Source of the DNA: Chiloscyllium plagiosum
Lineage: Eukaryota
NCBI RefSeq assembly: GCF_004010195.1
Contig: NC_057719.1
Coordinates: forward strand, 46,858,653 to 46,900,918
Direction: 5' to 3'
Length of the DNA stretch: 42,266 nucleotides
Notes under the pieces: generated by a model
Database searches by the model: none
What the model saw: only the letters and a program-made list of their open reading frames with translations
What the model was told of the DNA's origin: nothing
Made by a program: the position numbers and the translations under genes
Shown: positions 23,848 to 35,213 of the stretch, one piece after another
Layout of the letters: each line of letters starts with the position of its first letter
Position numbering within the stretch: position 1 is the first letter of the stretch

Positions 23848-24069
23848 CAAAGCAGTTTAGAACACCTTGGGTCATGATGAATTGATAATATAGTACATGT
23901 TTGATTACTGAAGCTGACTACTAACTTGAACAGCACACTCCACCTCAAGATCTTTTTTTGCATGCTACTAGTGATACAAAACTGCTTGTGCCTGTCATGA
24001 AACAGAGACATAGAAAGTAGAGTACAGAAGGGGGCAATTTGGTTTATCATGTCTGTATTAGCTGTAATA

Positions 24070-24275
24070 GAAATAGACAGGAAATGCTGGAGAAATTCAG
24101 CAGGTCTGACCACATCGATAGAGAGAGAAACAGATTTAAAGTTGAGTCCGGTATGACTTCTTCAGAATTGGAAATCAAAGCATTAACTCTGTTCTCTCTC
24201 CACAGACACTGAGTTTCTCCAGCATTTTATGTGTATTTACTTCAGATTTCCAGTATCCCCATTATTTTGCTATTA
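24070..24275 (+). mobile_element. Family B Penelope-derived foldback element, decayed
   Basis: Inverted arms aaatgctggagaaattcag and ctgagtttctccagcattt; ttcttcagaa core remnant on the minus strand. Confidence 0.75.
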
Positions 24276-24294
24276 TTGGTTGTAAAATAACTAT

Positions 24295-25565
24295 TCATCC
24301 CAATCCCACTTCCCAGTTCTTGGTCCATTTGTTATGGCTCTGTATGTTATGATATTTCAAGTTTATTAGCATGAGAAGTGTTCCTGTTTCTGCCACCCTT
24401 TCAGGTAGTGAATTACAGATCTTTATCACCCTCTGAATAAAACAAAAATCTCCTCATCTCCAATCCAACTCTTCTGCTAGTTACCTTAAATTGATGCCTC
24501 TGTTATTAACATCTCTGCTTGACCTTTGTATCCAGACTCCTCATTTTCCCATTTACCTCATTTAACTCTCTCTTCAACTTCCTGTTTTCCAAAGAAAGCA
24601 ATCCCATCCTAATCACTTTTCCTCCGATTTACATTGCTAAAATTTAAGCAATGCTATTGCAAATCTCCCCTGTACCTCTGGTGCCACTATATTCTTTTAA
24701 TACAATGACCAAACTACATGCAGTCCTCTACCTGTGGCTTAATTAAGGTTTCTATAAATTCAGCATAACCTCCTTGATTTTATACTGTAGGTCTCAAGTT
24801 AAAAAAACTATTTCCTATGCATTTTTAGCTAACTTCTCTGTCTGGTCACAATATCTTCAGGAAACTATGGATATAAACTGCAAAATACTTCTGTGGTCAT
24901 ACACTTCTCAATCTCCAAACATTTATCGTATATTCGAGTGTCTGCTTTGTCCATCCTAAATGCATTACCTCACAATCCTGCAGAGGCTTTCTTACCAACT
25001 TGATTATTCCAATAGTACCTTCTAACAACACTGCTTTCTTCCTCACTATCAACCATGTGACCATTTTTTTTTGTATTGCCTAAAAAGTTATGTTCTTTAC
25101 AGCCAAGTCTAAATTATTGATGTGTGCCATTAAAAGGGGGAGACATAACACAGAACCCTTTGGAATCCCACCTGAAACAGTCTTCCTGTCACAAAATAAC
25201 CCATTGACCTTAACCCTTTGTTTCCAGTCACAGAGTCGATTTTAGAGTCAAGTATCCAATTTACCTATCTCCCATGGATCTCATAAGCTTTTATATTTTT
25301 GACCAGACTGCCATATGGGAACTTATCAGAAGCCTTGTTAAAATCCATGTGGACTATATCAAATCCCCCACTCTCACTGTTACTTTCTCAAGAAATTCAA
25401 CACAGGTTTCCTTTAATAGATTTATGATGGCTGCCTTTATCAATAATCAGTTATCCCTCAGAACTTTTCTCAATAACTTGCACACCACCAGGGTTAGACT
25501 GACAGGCCAATAAGTATTCATTCTAACTCTTCCTTTAATCAATAGTTCAATGTTAGCAGTTCTCC
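24295..25565 (-). mobile_element. Very old CR1 RT and 3' relic
   Basis: Minus strand DIVHMDFNKASDKFPY (25310-25360), GIPKGSV (25150-25172) and PVSLTLVV.KLL-like (25470-25510). Confidence 0.7.
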
Positions 25566-26886
25566 AGAATTGGCTGCTACCAAAGTACGGGTTACCATAT
25601 GTAGGATGAACACGTGAAAAGCTGTATTAAAAACAAAAATGTTTGTATATCTGTAGAACTCCAACCAGATGTTTGATTAAATTGATAGTAAACTAAACTG
25701 CTGGGAGCTCCCCCACCAGATTTGTTTTTGAGAGCTTAATTTCCAAGTATGCTCAAAACATTTTAAACTCATCTGTAACTGAAGTCTCTCAATAGATTTG
25801 TTCCAAGTGGACCCAGGTGTGCATATATACAAATGCAACAAGTTTATTTTCTTTACTTTTTTACTAGCAGTAAAAGAAGAGAATTCATCCCTGACTTCCA
25901 TGCTGTAAAAAACTGTTCCCAAAATTCTCTCACAGTTAAGAAACCTTCCCTAAACATTGCTGGGGATTCATAAGTGGCTTTCAAGTCTCTCAATAGCAAT
26001 ATGTGAATAGTATAACCTTAAAACATTCTAGTGCAATAATTTAGGAGTCCATTAAAATGAATCAATTTTCACTTGATTTTATACAGTGAACTAATTAAGC
26101 AATTAGGTGGCAAGAAGACAACAATTGATGCTCAACAAATGTTGTGTTGTGCTCACTATTGATTGTCTGCAAATCCCCATTGTTATATTCACACCCAATT
26201 TTCAATTAACACCCCATTAAATGTTTTCAATTGCTTTTATTATTGTCCTGAATCAAGTGGTTCCTGGATCTCAAATAGCAGCAAGCAATAGTAAATCAAT
26301 TGGAATTGTTTAAAACTATTTATCAGAAGCAAAGAAACACTTCATTGTAAATGTGTTTTTGGATTTGGCCTTTGTATCTGTTGCTGCTCTTGCTAAGGAT
26401 CATTAGTGGGGGTATGACCCAACTCATGGCATGATCAAATAGACACATGCAGTGAATCCCTGTAGTGGTCAATTATTGCTGACTTCCTGGGCAGTGCTTC
26501 ACACATATACACTAACCAAACTGCCACATCCAGGTTGCACCTACTTATAATAACAAAATAGATTTACGTGTAGTTTGGCTACACTATTAGGAGACAGATA
26601 AGAATTCAAAATGATGGAATGGTATCACAGAACAGCAGGTAGATGACTAGTCCATATTTTAGTTTCATCTTTGCTCTTTAAGCTTTGAAGATCAAACTCA
26701 GAACCAAGAACAAGCCAATCTACACAATTAAAGGAATCAATAAACAAAATTTTGACTCATTAAGGGATAATGAGAAGAGAAGTGAGAGAGAAACAAACAA
26801 GCCACCTTAAAAAGAAAGATCACAGAGACCACACAGCACATGGACAGACAGTGAGGTTAGGTTTTTAGTAAGGAATTAAGTTAACC

Positions 26887-27420
26887 TCATAGAATCATGG
26901 AGATATACAGCATGGAAACAGAACCAGCGGTCCAATTTGTCCATGCCGACCAGAGATCCTAAATTAATCTACTCCCATTTGTCAGCATTTGGCCTGTAAT
27001 CCCTCTAAAACTTTCCTATTCATGTACCCATCCAGATGTCTTTTAAATGTTGTAATTGTAACAGCCTCCACCACTTCCCCTGGCAGCTCATTCCATGCAC
27101 ACACCACCCTCTGTGTGAAAAAGTTGCCCCTTCTGTCCATTTTAAGTCTTTCCTCTCTCACCTTAAATTTATGCCTTCTAGTTTAGGACTCCCCCATCTT
27201 GGGGAAAAGACCTTGACTATTCGCCAAGTCTATGTCCCTCATGATTTTATAAACCTCCAATGCTCCAGCTTATTTAGTCTCTGTCTATAACTCAAACCTC
27301 CACCCCTGGCAAAATTCTTGTAAACCTTTTCAGAACTGAACACAGTATTCCAAAAGTAACCAAAAGCCACAACATGATCTCCTGACTCCTGTACACAATG
27401 CACAGACCAGTAAAGGCAAG
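26887..27420 (-). mobile_element. CR1 3' end with internal deletions
   Basis: tcatagaatcatggagatatacagcatggaaacag tail and UTR, homologous to 20857-21480. Confidence 0.9.
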
Positions 27421-27882
27421 TGACCAGACATTGTCTCTGTATCCACTCTATCAAAATCTCTCAAACGTTCAGAGACCTCAGTTAAGTCTTCCCTTGAACC
27501 TTTCTCAAAAGAAAAGACAATCAACTTGTTAATTGTTTCCTGCATATATATAAAACCACTCATTTCTAGGATCACCTCATGAATCATTTCTGCACCCTAT
27601 CCAATGTCACTTTTATAATGTGAATGTCAGAATCATGCAGTTTTCAGTGCAATCTAACCAAAGTCCAATATAGTCTAGTATAATTCTCTAATTTGCATTT
27701 CTCTCCCTCTGGAAATAAAGTGTGCAGCATGGTTTATATACTTTTCACCTTGCCCAATTGTGGTTCAACTTTCCAGGTAATAAATACCCTTTTAATTCTT
27801 CACACTAAAATGTACTACCACACATTTATCTGCCTTGAACATCATTTATCAATTACTTTGCCATCTGCAGGTGAATTAAAGC

Positions 27883-28600
27883 CATACAGATATATAGCAT
27901 GGAAACAGACCCTGCGGTCCAACACATCCATGCCGACCAGATATCTTAAATTAAACTAGTCCCATTTGCCACCATTTGACCTGTAATCTCTCTAAACCCT
28001 TCCTATTGATGTTCCATCCAGATTCCTTTTAAATGTTGTAATTGTATCAGCCTCTACACTTCCTCTAGCAGCTCATCGCATACATGTATTACCTTCTGTG
28101 TGAAAAAGTTGCCCCTTAGGTCCCTTTAAATCCTTCCCCTCTCACTTTAAACCTGTGCCTTCTAGTTTTGGACTCACCCACCCCAGGGAAATGTCCTTGT
28201 CTATTCACCCACATAAACCACTCAGCTTCCAATACTTCAGGGAAAATAGCTCCAGCCTATTCAGCCTCAGCCTAAAGTTCAAACTCTCCAACACTAGCAA
28301 TCCTTGTAAGTCTTTTCTGAACCCTTCCAAGTTTCACAACATCCTCCCTACAGCAGGTTGACCAGAATTGCATGCAGTATTCTAAAAGTGGTCTAACCAA
28401 TATCCTGTACACCACAACATGATCTCCCAACCCCTTTACTCAATAGTCTGACCAATAAAGGAAAGCATACCAAACGCCTCTTCACTATCTTATCGACATG
28501 TGACTATGAATCTGCACTCCAAGGTCTGTTTGTTCAGCAACACTCCCCAAGACCTTACCATTAAGTGTATAAATCTGATTTGCCTTAGCAAAATGCACCT
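27883..28600 (-). mobile_element. CR1 3' end
   Basis: Same 3' UTR; YTLNGKVLGSVAEQTDLGVQIH. Confidence 0.9.
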
Positions 28601-28789
28601 CATAATGTCCTCCAACACAAATTTTCAGATATATTACTCCAATACAGGCTGACAGCAGTTGAAAAGAGGAGACATTCCTGGTTAAACATGTGGTGGAAAG
28701 AACATTGCAATCTCTATCGTTGTTTCTAGCTCCAGGCAAAAAAGTTAGGAAGGGAGGTCCAGGACACCAATCAGCAACAGTGATGCAGT

Positions 28790-29350
28790 TTCAAGTCAGG
28801 ATGATGTATGATTTAGAGAAGTAACTTGTCAGTGGTGGTGTTTCCATGCATTTCCTGTCTTTTTTACTTCTAGGTGGCAGAGGTTGTGAACTTAGAATGA
28901 GCTGTCTGAAATCCTTTGTGAGCTGTTGGAGTACATCTTGTTGATTGTACACATTGATGCTATTCTGTACTCCTGGTGACATCTAAGGAGTGTTAATAGT
29001 GCTATCTAAGTGCAATATAATCAGTGAACATCCCCATACTTATGACAGAAGTAAGGTCATTAGTGAAGTAGCTAAAATGGTTGGACCTAAAATATTTTGA
29101 AGAACTCATGTAGTGATGTACTGTGGCTGGGATAAGTGACCTCCAACAATCACAAACAACTTCTTTGTGCTAGGTATGATTCCAACAAGCAGTAGGTTTG
29201 CACCCTATTCCCATTCAAACCAGTTTAACTAGAGCTTCTTCATTAAACACTCAGTCAAATGCTGCCTTGATGTTAGGTGCAGTTATCTTCATTTTCTGTC
29301 TTGAGTTCAACGATTTTATCCATGTTTCGACCAAGGTTGGAATGAGGTCA
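28790..29350 (-). mobile_element. Old non-LTR RT relic (same family as 6675-7475)
   Basis: gtcaaatgctgccttgatgt (IKAAFD on the minus strand) and LGPTI.SYFTNDL.S-like motif. Confidence 0.65.
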
Positions 29351-29364
29351 ATGCATTTGACTGA

Positions 29365-30612
29365 ACGGCCATAGTGTTAGGGTTTAGATGGAGAGGAATC
29401 CCTTAAGTGTGTCCAAGAGAATTTTCTGATTCAGTATGTCAATGTACCTACTAGAGAAGAAGCAAAACTTGACCTACTCTTGAGAAATAAGGCAGGGCAG
29501 GTGACTGAGGTGTCAGTGAGGGAGCACTATGGGGCCAGCGACCATAATTCTATTAGTTATAAAATAGTGACGGAAAAGGATAGACCGGATCTAAAAGTTG
29601 AAGTTCTAAATTCGAGGAAGACTAATTTTGACGGTTTTCGGCAAGAACCTTCAAAAGCTGATTGGGCACAAATGTTCGCAGGTAAAGGGACGGCTGGAAA
29701 ATGGGACGTCTCAGAAAAATGAGAGTACGGGGACATAAATTCATGACGGGGGAAAGGAAAGTCTGGTAGGTGTAGACAATGCTGGATGACTAGAGAAATT
29801 GAGGTTTAGATTAAGAAAAAGAAGGAAGCAATATGTCAGGTATAGACAAGATAGATCAAGTGAATCCTTGGAAGAGAATAAAGACAGTAGGTGTTACTTA
29901 AGAGGGAAATCAGAAGGGCAGAAAGGGGACATGAGATAGCTTTGGCAAATAGAGTTAAGGAGAATCCAAAGGGATTTTATAAATACATTAAGGACAAATT
30001 GGCAACTGAGGGAGATACTAAACGAGTATTTTGCATCACTGTTTACTATGGAGAAGGACATGGAAGATTTGGAATGTGGGGAAGTAGATGGTGACATCTG
30101 AAAAAATGTCCATATTACAGGGAGGAAGAGCTGGATGTCTTGAAATGCATAAAAGTAAATATATCCCCAGGACCTGATCAGGTGTGCCCTAGAACTCTGT
30201 GGGAAGCTAGAGAAGTGATTGTTAGGCCCCTTGTATCATCGATAGTCACAGGTGAGGTTCCGGAAGACTGGAGGTTGGCTAATGTGGTGCCACTGTTTAA
30301 GAAGGGTGGTAAGGCAAAGCCAGGGAAATATAGACCAGTGAGCTTGAGGTCGGAGGTGGGCAAGTTGTTGGAGGGAATCCTGAGGGACAGGATGTACATG
30401 TATTTGGAAAGGCAAGGACTGATTAGGGATAGTCAACATGGCTTTGTGTGCAGTAAATCATGTCTGACCAACTTGATTGAGTTTGTTGAAGAAATAACAA
30501 ATAGGATTGATGAGGGCAGAGTGGTAGATGCAGTAAGGTGTTTGATAAGGTTCCCCATGGGAGACTGGTTAGTAAGGTTAGATCTCATGGAATACTGGGA
30601 GAACTAGCTATG
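29365..30612 (+). mobile_element. CR1 ORF2 internal fragment (endonuclease end to RT start)
   Basis: PTREEAKLDLLL...EHYGASDHNSI; ISPGPDQVCPRTLWEARE...WRLANVVPLFKKG...SQHGFV..KSCLTNLIEF. Confidence 0.95.
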
Positions 30613-30712
30613 GAATAGTGTAAGTTAGATGGGCTTCAGATTAGTATGACAGGTTGGCGCAACATCGAGGGCCGAAGGGCCTGTACTGCACTGTAATGTT
30701 CTATGTTCTATG
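30612..30712 (+). mobile_element. Short CR1-type 3' tail of a different subfamily
   Basis: gggccgaagggcctgtactgcactgtaatg followed by (ttctatg)x2. Confidence 0.75.
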
Positions 30713-30862
30713 GTAGAGGTGTTCAAAATCATGAGGGGTCCAGAAAGTGTAGGTAGTTGTTATAATCATTTGCAAAAGGGTAGAAAACCAGATCACATTG
30801 CTTTTTAAGGTGAGGTACAAGATAACTAGGGGTAACATGAGGAAAAATATTTTTTGTGTGAC
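30713..30862 (+). mobile_element. Old CR1 RT end, first part
   Basis: VEVFKIMRG and RGNMRKNIF motifs. Confidence 0.6.
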
Positions 30863-31775
30863 AAGCTGTGCTAAATTTGCACTCCATTTTTCTTCCCTTG
30901 CTCAGAATCTCCACATTCTGCAAACCTCCAATCCAGGCCAAGTGAAAAGTGTAGCTATTCTGGAAGTGTTTCATTGCAGCACAGAGGCAGCCTGGAGTCC
31001 AGGCTTATTCCTTTTTTTACAGCAATAACTGCTCTATTCTGGAATTTAAAGGTCCCAAAGACATGTTGATAAATTAGGCAGTGAAGGTTTGTAAGTTAAG
31101 TGCGTGAGAGATTAGGATCGCAGGTGGGTGGGTAAGGAGGTTACTGTAGTAGCAGGTGGGTGGATGAGGAGGTCAGGTGGCAGGCTGGTTGGTGAACAGG
31201 ATGGTGTTGCATTAGACAATTAGTACCTGAAAGGGTTAACTGATATCATTAGCTAAATACCACCCATAAGATATAAGCTACCAGTTAACCATCCTGTGTG
31301 AACATGTTTTAGTAACTGTCATGTGAAGTTACTCTTCAACTGAACCTGATGTGTCACAAGAGACCAGCATGCATCCCTGATGTCAGTTTATTAGCTATTA
31401 AGTAATACATAAGAAACCTTTTTACTGTTTTTCAGGAGTGAACCTTTCTTCTGCTGAAGACTCTGTGTAGGTATCCTTCTCCATACAGTATCAGTAACTA
31501 ATACCAGCAAGAAGGGTCGGTAGCATGAAACTCCCCGAATATCTCCGGTCCATTGTTATCAAGACAGACAGGTTAGAGGGGTAAGGTCACAGGTGAGTGT
31601 GGGGGTTGTTGGTCAGTAGATGGTTGAAGGTGTGGGTACAGTGGATCAGTTGGAGTCGGGTCATGTGGGGGTGGAATTGCAGGGTGTGTGCGGGTGGAGG
31701 GAATGTTCAATAATGAGTTAAGGAATGAATTTTACAGTTACTTAGGAATTAGAACAGGGTTTAATTTCTTTAAAT

Positions 31776-31994
31776 TTCTGGATGTAGGTTTGCTCGCTGA
31801 GTTGGAAAGTTTATTTCCAGACGTTTCATCACCATACTAGGTAACATCATCAGTGAGCCTCCAGGCAAAGCTTCAGGCTAACTGAAGATGTTACCTAGCA
31901 TGGTAATGGAATGTCTGAAAATGAACCTTCCAGCTCAGTGAGCAAACCTACATCCAGAACCTCAACCTGAGCTACAAATCTTCTCAAAACTGGC
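31776..31994 (+). mobile_element. Family D Penelope-derived foldback element
   Basis: Inverted arms 31776-31855 and 31881-31959, with unpaired 3' extension cctcaacctgagctacaaatcttctcaaaac. Confidence 0.85.
31818..31855 (-). ncRNA. Minimal hammerhead ribozyme motif, family D
   Basis: Reverse complement ca-CTGATGA-T-GTTACC-TAGTAT-GGTGAT-GAAAC-GTC-tg; flanking ca/tg forms stem I. Confidence 0.75.
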
Positions 31995-32224
31995 TTTTTA
32001 ACTTTCTCTGGGTAACTAGCCATTGTAAGCAAGCTGGAACTCTTTGAAGTCTAACTCCAAGTCAAAGACTTTTTCAGAGGCTTCTAAATACTGGATAATT
32101 GCCCACTGGAGCTTTCAACTGCTTGGGTAATTACCACAGAGCCAGTGCCTCAGGTCTTCCAAGGGGTCTTGTGTATATCTTTCAGGGTATACTGCTTCAA
32201 TGACTGTCTTCCAACTAGAAGATT

Positions 32225-32450
32225 CGGGGTTTGGTTTTGGAATCTGGAATTAATGTCTTAGGGTGCAGGGGAAATAGATTCAATATTGGCTTTCAAAAGG
32301 GAATTGGATAAGCACTTAACTAGAGAATATTTGGAGAGCTATTGGGGAGGCGGAGTGGGACTGGCTGTATAGCTTTTGCATGTAGAGCAGAGACAGAGAC
32401 ATGGCAGCTGCATGGCCCACCTTCTGTCTTGTAACCATTGGATGATTCTA
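32225..32450 (+). mobile_element. Old CR1 3' end, probable continuation of 30713-30862
   Basis: tttcaaaagggaattggataagcactt (FKRELDKHL) and 3' UTR ending atgattcta. Confidence 0.6.
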
Positions 32451-33086
32451 GAAATGCAGATGGCCATGTTAGTTAGTGCTTCCCAAAAATCTACGTTTTC
32501 AATATATAACCACCTTTAGGTCTTTTTAGTCGATACAGTCTCTGGTAAAGTTATACCATTGGTAGCACACTTCTTTCTGAGTTGCAAAAATACAACATTA
32601 CAGAGGTCTTTGCGAGGTGTGCAGATTATGTAGGTATGATCAGCAGTTTGAGTAACAAAAACAGGCAGTGAAGCAGTATCTGCACCCCCAAAAAAAGTTA
32701 ACTCAGTCGATTGCTTAGCAATGTATCACCTAGGACAGTTCCATAGAACCTGTGCTGAAGGAGCCTGAATATAAACATTGCTCTGATCTGTGCTTGGCTA
32801 AACAATCTCAGCTGTGCAAGGTTAATTATGCCCTTGTTTGTGTTCCTTCTGCTGCAAGGAACGTGGAATACGGGATTCCTGAAGACTATATCAAAGTTAG
32901 CTGTGAATGTCACTGAAAATCACTCTCCCACTTTAGAAAAGGACATTAGGTTATGCATGAGGGACCATGTCCTTTTTGAGCGACCATCGTGGTTTTACAG
33001 CCCTTGTCATTGTTATCTCTAGCGTATTATCTCCTAAAGGCAGTAAACCATGTTCGGAGACAATTTCATGCATATCAGCATCCTCT

Positions 33087-33431
33087 GAATCATAGAAACC
33101 CTACATTGTGGAAGCAAGCCATCAGCCTATTGAGTTCACACTGAACCTCCAAAGAGAATCCCACCCAGACCTAGCCCGATAACCCTGCATTTCCCATGGT
33201 AGATCCACCTAGCCTGCATATCCCAAGACACCATGGGCAATTTAGCATGGGCAATCCACCTGACCTGCACATTTTTGGACTGTGGGAGGAAACCGGAGTC
33301 CTCAGAGGAAACCCACGCACACGAGGGGAGAATGTGCAAACTCCACACAGCCAGTCACCTCAGACTGGAATCGAACCTAGGTCCCTGATGCTGTGAGGCA
33401 GTAGTCATAATCACTTAGCCATCGTGCCACC
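33087..33431 (-). mobile_element. HE1-like tRNA-derived V-SINE, full length
   Basis: Minus strand ggtggcacgatggctaagtg (A box), ggttcgattcc (B box), V core gtgtggagtttgcacattctcccc...ccggtttcctcccacagtccaaa, CR1-like tail. Confidence 0.9.
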
Positions 33432-33605
33432 ATTATCCCTTCATTGTTTGTCACCAAGATCCCCCACTCACCATCATTCGGTTATCATTCACTGGCTGGC
33501 TATTCAGACATAAAAGACAGAAAATCAAGTTTGACCCTGTCCTTGCCTATGCTCATCTGTGCACATTTTGGTTCAGGAGTCAATAAATAATTATTAGGGG
33601 CCAAA

Positions 33606-33650
33606 TAGAGTCATAGAGATGTACAGCATGGAAACAGACTCTTTGGTCCA
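33606..33650 (-). mobile_element. Extremely 5'-truncated CR1 tail
   Basis: atagagtcatagagatgtacagcatggaaacagac matches the other CR1 3' termini. Confidence 0.85.
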
Positions 33651-34260
33651 CCCTTTTTTTCTCAGCCACAGCTTGGACAAAGATAGACTAATAATGTCTC
33701 TTTATGTGTGATCTGCTAGCTAAACAAAGGAAGAGCATTAAATTGAAGATCTATTTTGCCTTATATAATTCAGTACCCACAATAGGTGTTACATTAAGTT
33801 ACTAAGCCACGACTGCAAGCCAATCCTTAAGTTATGAACAGGAGAAAGTTTCAAATGTATCTATGACCTTTTACTGTGTTAGAAGCTCAAAAATAGACAA
33901 AGTACTTTAATGAGACAATTGAGTGAATTTTCATATGTACAACTTGTGTTGGAACCATCCAATTTTTAATTCCAGTGACTTCAAATTTGAAACTCTGCCC
34001 CCGTCTATTTGACACTGGGCTACAGATGTTTACAACTTAAAAGAAAACAAGCCTCCATTTTTTATTTTAACCAATTCTAAGGCACCATTAGAATGCTTAT
34101 TGAATTATTTTTAATGAAAGGAAAGATTTGGAAATATGGTGCGAGTTGCAAGAACAAATATGGGAGATTTTGTTTTATCCCAGCAGAGGTGAGAAACAGG
34201 TTGTGAAACATTGAACTAGGTTTTCTTGCTCCAATAAAAATATTTTCTTCTGTCTTCCAG

Positions 34261-34394
34261 ACCTCACACTATTTTTGTATGGCCTTTGGCAAGTTCCCTC
34301 AGGTGCAAAACCAATATCCCGTCTGAGACTGGGTCCCCATTGTGAGGATCAGAAGAAAATTGTATTTCCTCCAAAATGCTATTTTTATGAGTTG
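34261..34394 (+). CDS. Candidate internal coding exon (134 nt, phase 1-0), product unknown
   Basis: Strong acceptor tattttcttctgtcttccag, donor ttg|gtatgt. Open frame (D)LTLFLYGLWQVPSGAKPISRLRLGPHCEDQKKIVFPPKCYFYEL. Confidence 0.6.
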
Positions 34395-34598
34395 GTATGT
34401 GTTTTGAAAGTCCTAAAGATCACACATCCTTGGAAAGTTTGTGAGCACTGTGGGAAGCCTATTGTGGAGTCAGGGCCATTCTGAAAAGTAAGTATACAAT
34501 CTTTTAACACTTTCAAATGTTGAGACTGAACACTGCATTGAAAAACAGATGTGTTTTTGATGCAGCATCAATTCATCATGGCCAGCATTGTGTAAGTC

Positions 34599-34777
34599 GT
34601 CGAGTGTGTGTTGCTGGGAAAGCACAGCAGGTCAGGCAGCACCCAAGGAGCAGGAGAATCAATGTATGCTCAAAACGTCGATTCTCCTGCTCCTCAGATG
34701 CTGCCTGACCTGCTGTGCTTTCCCAGCAACACACTCTTGACTCTGATCTCCAACATCTGCAGTCCTCACTTTCTCCT
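34599..34777 (+). mobile_element. Family A Penelope-derived foldback mini-element
   Basis: Inverted arms 34599-34664 and 34676-34742, both carrying the private variant ctgggaaag/ctttcccag; family A end. Confidence 0.9.
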
Positions 34778-34947
34778 ACAGAATGACAATAGTCATTTTC
34801 AAAACTTGGTATGTCTTGGGGGCTACCTTTTGGTGCAGGAATTATTGGGTCACTGTTCTTTAAATTGTGGCATGTCTACAAAGGATCCAATGCCATTAAT
34901 ATCTGTTTCAACAGTTTGCACTCTATTAATGAAATGGCAAAGAAAAA

Positions 34948-35130
34948 GAAAGACCTGCCTTTCTGTAGTGCCTTTCACAACCTAGGAATGTCCCAAAAAA
35001 ACTCTACAACTAAAGGAACACTTTAAACTGTAGACACTGTCATAATGTAAGAAACATGGCAGCCAATTTTCACAAAGCAGGGTCCCACAGACAGCTGTGT
35101 ATTAATGAGTAGGTAATTTTGTTCTAGTGA
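34948..35130 (-). mobile_element. Deu-domain SINE 3' half
   Basis: Reverse complement ctgtctgtgggaccc...aaattggctgcc...gtgaaaggcactacagaaaggcaggtctttc, homologous to 23700-23847. Confidence 0.65.
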
Positions 35131-35213
35131 AATAAAAACAGAGAGTACTGAAAATATTCAGCAGGCCGGACAACAATAAGGGAAAGAGAAAGCTCCATGG
35201 AGACAAACTTGGA

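Noticed and set aside
31436..31469. Micro-exon after a strong acceptor
   Set aside because: Lies within an apparent repeat insertion and has a weak donor (gtatcc).
32859..32949. Possible exon after a pyrimidine tract (NVEYGIPEDYIK or GTWNTGFLKT frames)
   Set aside because: AAG acceptor, weak donors and ambiguous frame.
16835..33431. tRNA genes at the A/B-box motifs
   Set aside because: They are SINE heads followed by SINE bodies and tails; no complete cloverleaf is evident.
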